Positions 31,418 through 32,000 of a stretch of DNA of 32,000 nt are shown here, one piece after another; the first letter of the stretch is position 1; each line of letters opens with the position of its first letter. This stretch comes from Blochmannia endosymbiont of Camponotus modoc (lineage in GTDB: Bacteria > Pseudomonadota > Gammaproteobacteria > Enterobacterales > Enterobacteriaceae): contig NZ_CP097765.1 in assembly GCF_023585785.1 (NCBI RefSeq), positions 90,001 through 122,000 on the forward strand. Reading direction: 5' to 3'. Position numbers and translations under genes: made by a program. The notes under the pieces were generated by a model, which worked only from the letters and a program-made list of their open reading frames with translations, ran no database searches and was not told where the DNA came from.

Positions 31418-32000
31418 ATGAATGATTTTATCAAATTAGCTCCTATAAAAAAAATACAGGGAACCATTCATCTTCCTGGTTCTAAAAGTATATCAAATCG
31501 AGCATTGTTGTTAGCAGCTCAAGCTACAGGTACTACTCAGTTAACTAATTTGTTGGATAGCGATGATGTGCGTTGTATGCTGGATGCTTTACGTAATCTA
31601 GGAGTATCATATTGTCTTTCAAATAATAGAAAAACTTGCGAAATTAATGGTGTTGGTGGTCCGATTCAATCAAAAAATAATAATCAATTAATTTTGTATT
31701 TGGGAAATGCCGGGACTGTTATGAGACCTCTTGTTGCGGCATTGTCTGTAGAGATTCAAAATATCGTGCTCACCGGTCATCCTCGTATGAAAGATAGGCC
31801 GATTGCACACTTAGTAGATGCCTTAAGACAAGGAGGAGCGCGTATTGAGTATATGGAACGTGATGGTTACCCTCCCATACGATTGTATGGAGGGTATTAT
31901 GGAGGCGAAATTTTTATTAAAGGGAGTATTTCTAGTCAATTTTTGTCATCTGTGCTTATGATGACGCCATTAGCTTATCGAGATACTCTTATTAAAGTAG
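31418..32000 (+). CDS. aroA: 3-phosphoshikimate 1-carboxyvinyltransferase, 5' part (runs off window)
   Basis: Translated by eye from ATG 31418: [40 protein letters not shown]...[11 protein letters not shown]...[15 protein letters not shown]. Absent from the ORF track because it is open at the edge. Confidence 0.97.
   Translation, partial: MNDFIKLAPIKKIQGTIHLPGSKSISNRALLLAAQATGTTQLTNLLDSDDVRCMLDALRNLGVSYCLSNNRKTCEINGVGGPIQSKNNNQLILYLGNAGTVMRPLVAALSVEIQNIVLTGHPRMKDRPIAHLVDALRQGGARIEYMERDGYPPIRLYGGYYGGEIFIKGSISSQFLSSVLMMTPLAYRDTLIKV

Overview
The window is a contiguous, AT-rich, low-coding-density segment of a reduced gammaproteobacterial genome. Its gene content and order look most like a Blochmannia-type insect endosymbiont; this is inference from enteric synteny, no search was run. 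Recognisable blocks are plsX(partial)-fabH-fabD-fabG-acpP-pabC-tmk-holB-tatD family(ycfH)-hinT-lpoB-lolC-lolD-lolE on +, purB and mnmA on -, mntR and emtA on +, infA and trxB on -, and ftsK-lolA-serS-serC-aroA(partial) on +. The most unusual region is about 15.6-22.4 kb. It combines long non-coding stretches with mntR, a murein transglycosylase, a membrane-anchored ToxR/CadC-like winged-helix regulator whose C-terminal tail has seven cysteines, and a divergent OprC-type TonB-dependent copper receptor that keeps the CxxxM and HxM ligand motifs. A perfect 18-bp inverted repeat lies between the last two genes. This is a testable candidate copper or thiol sensing and uptake module. Other points of interest are an ftsK lacking the C-terminal gamma domain, an isolated GC-rich hairpin at 18.3 kb, an lpoB with a poor lipobox, and gaps where fabF, mltG and hflD sit in E. 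coli. No tRNA, rRNA, CRISPR or intact mobile element was recognised.
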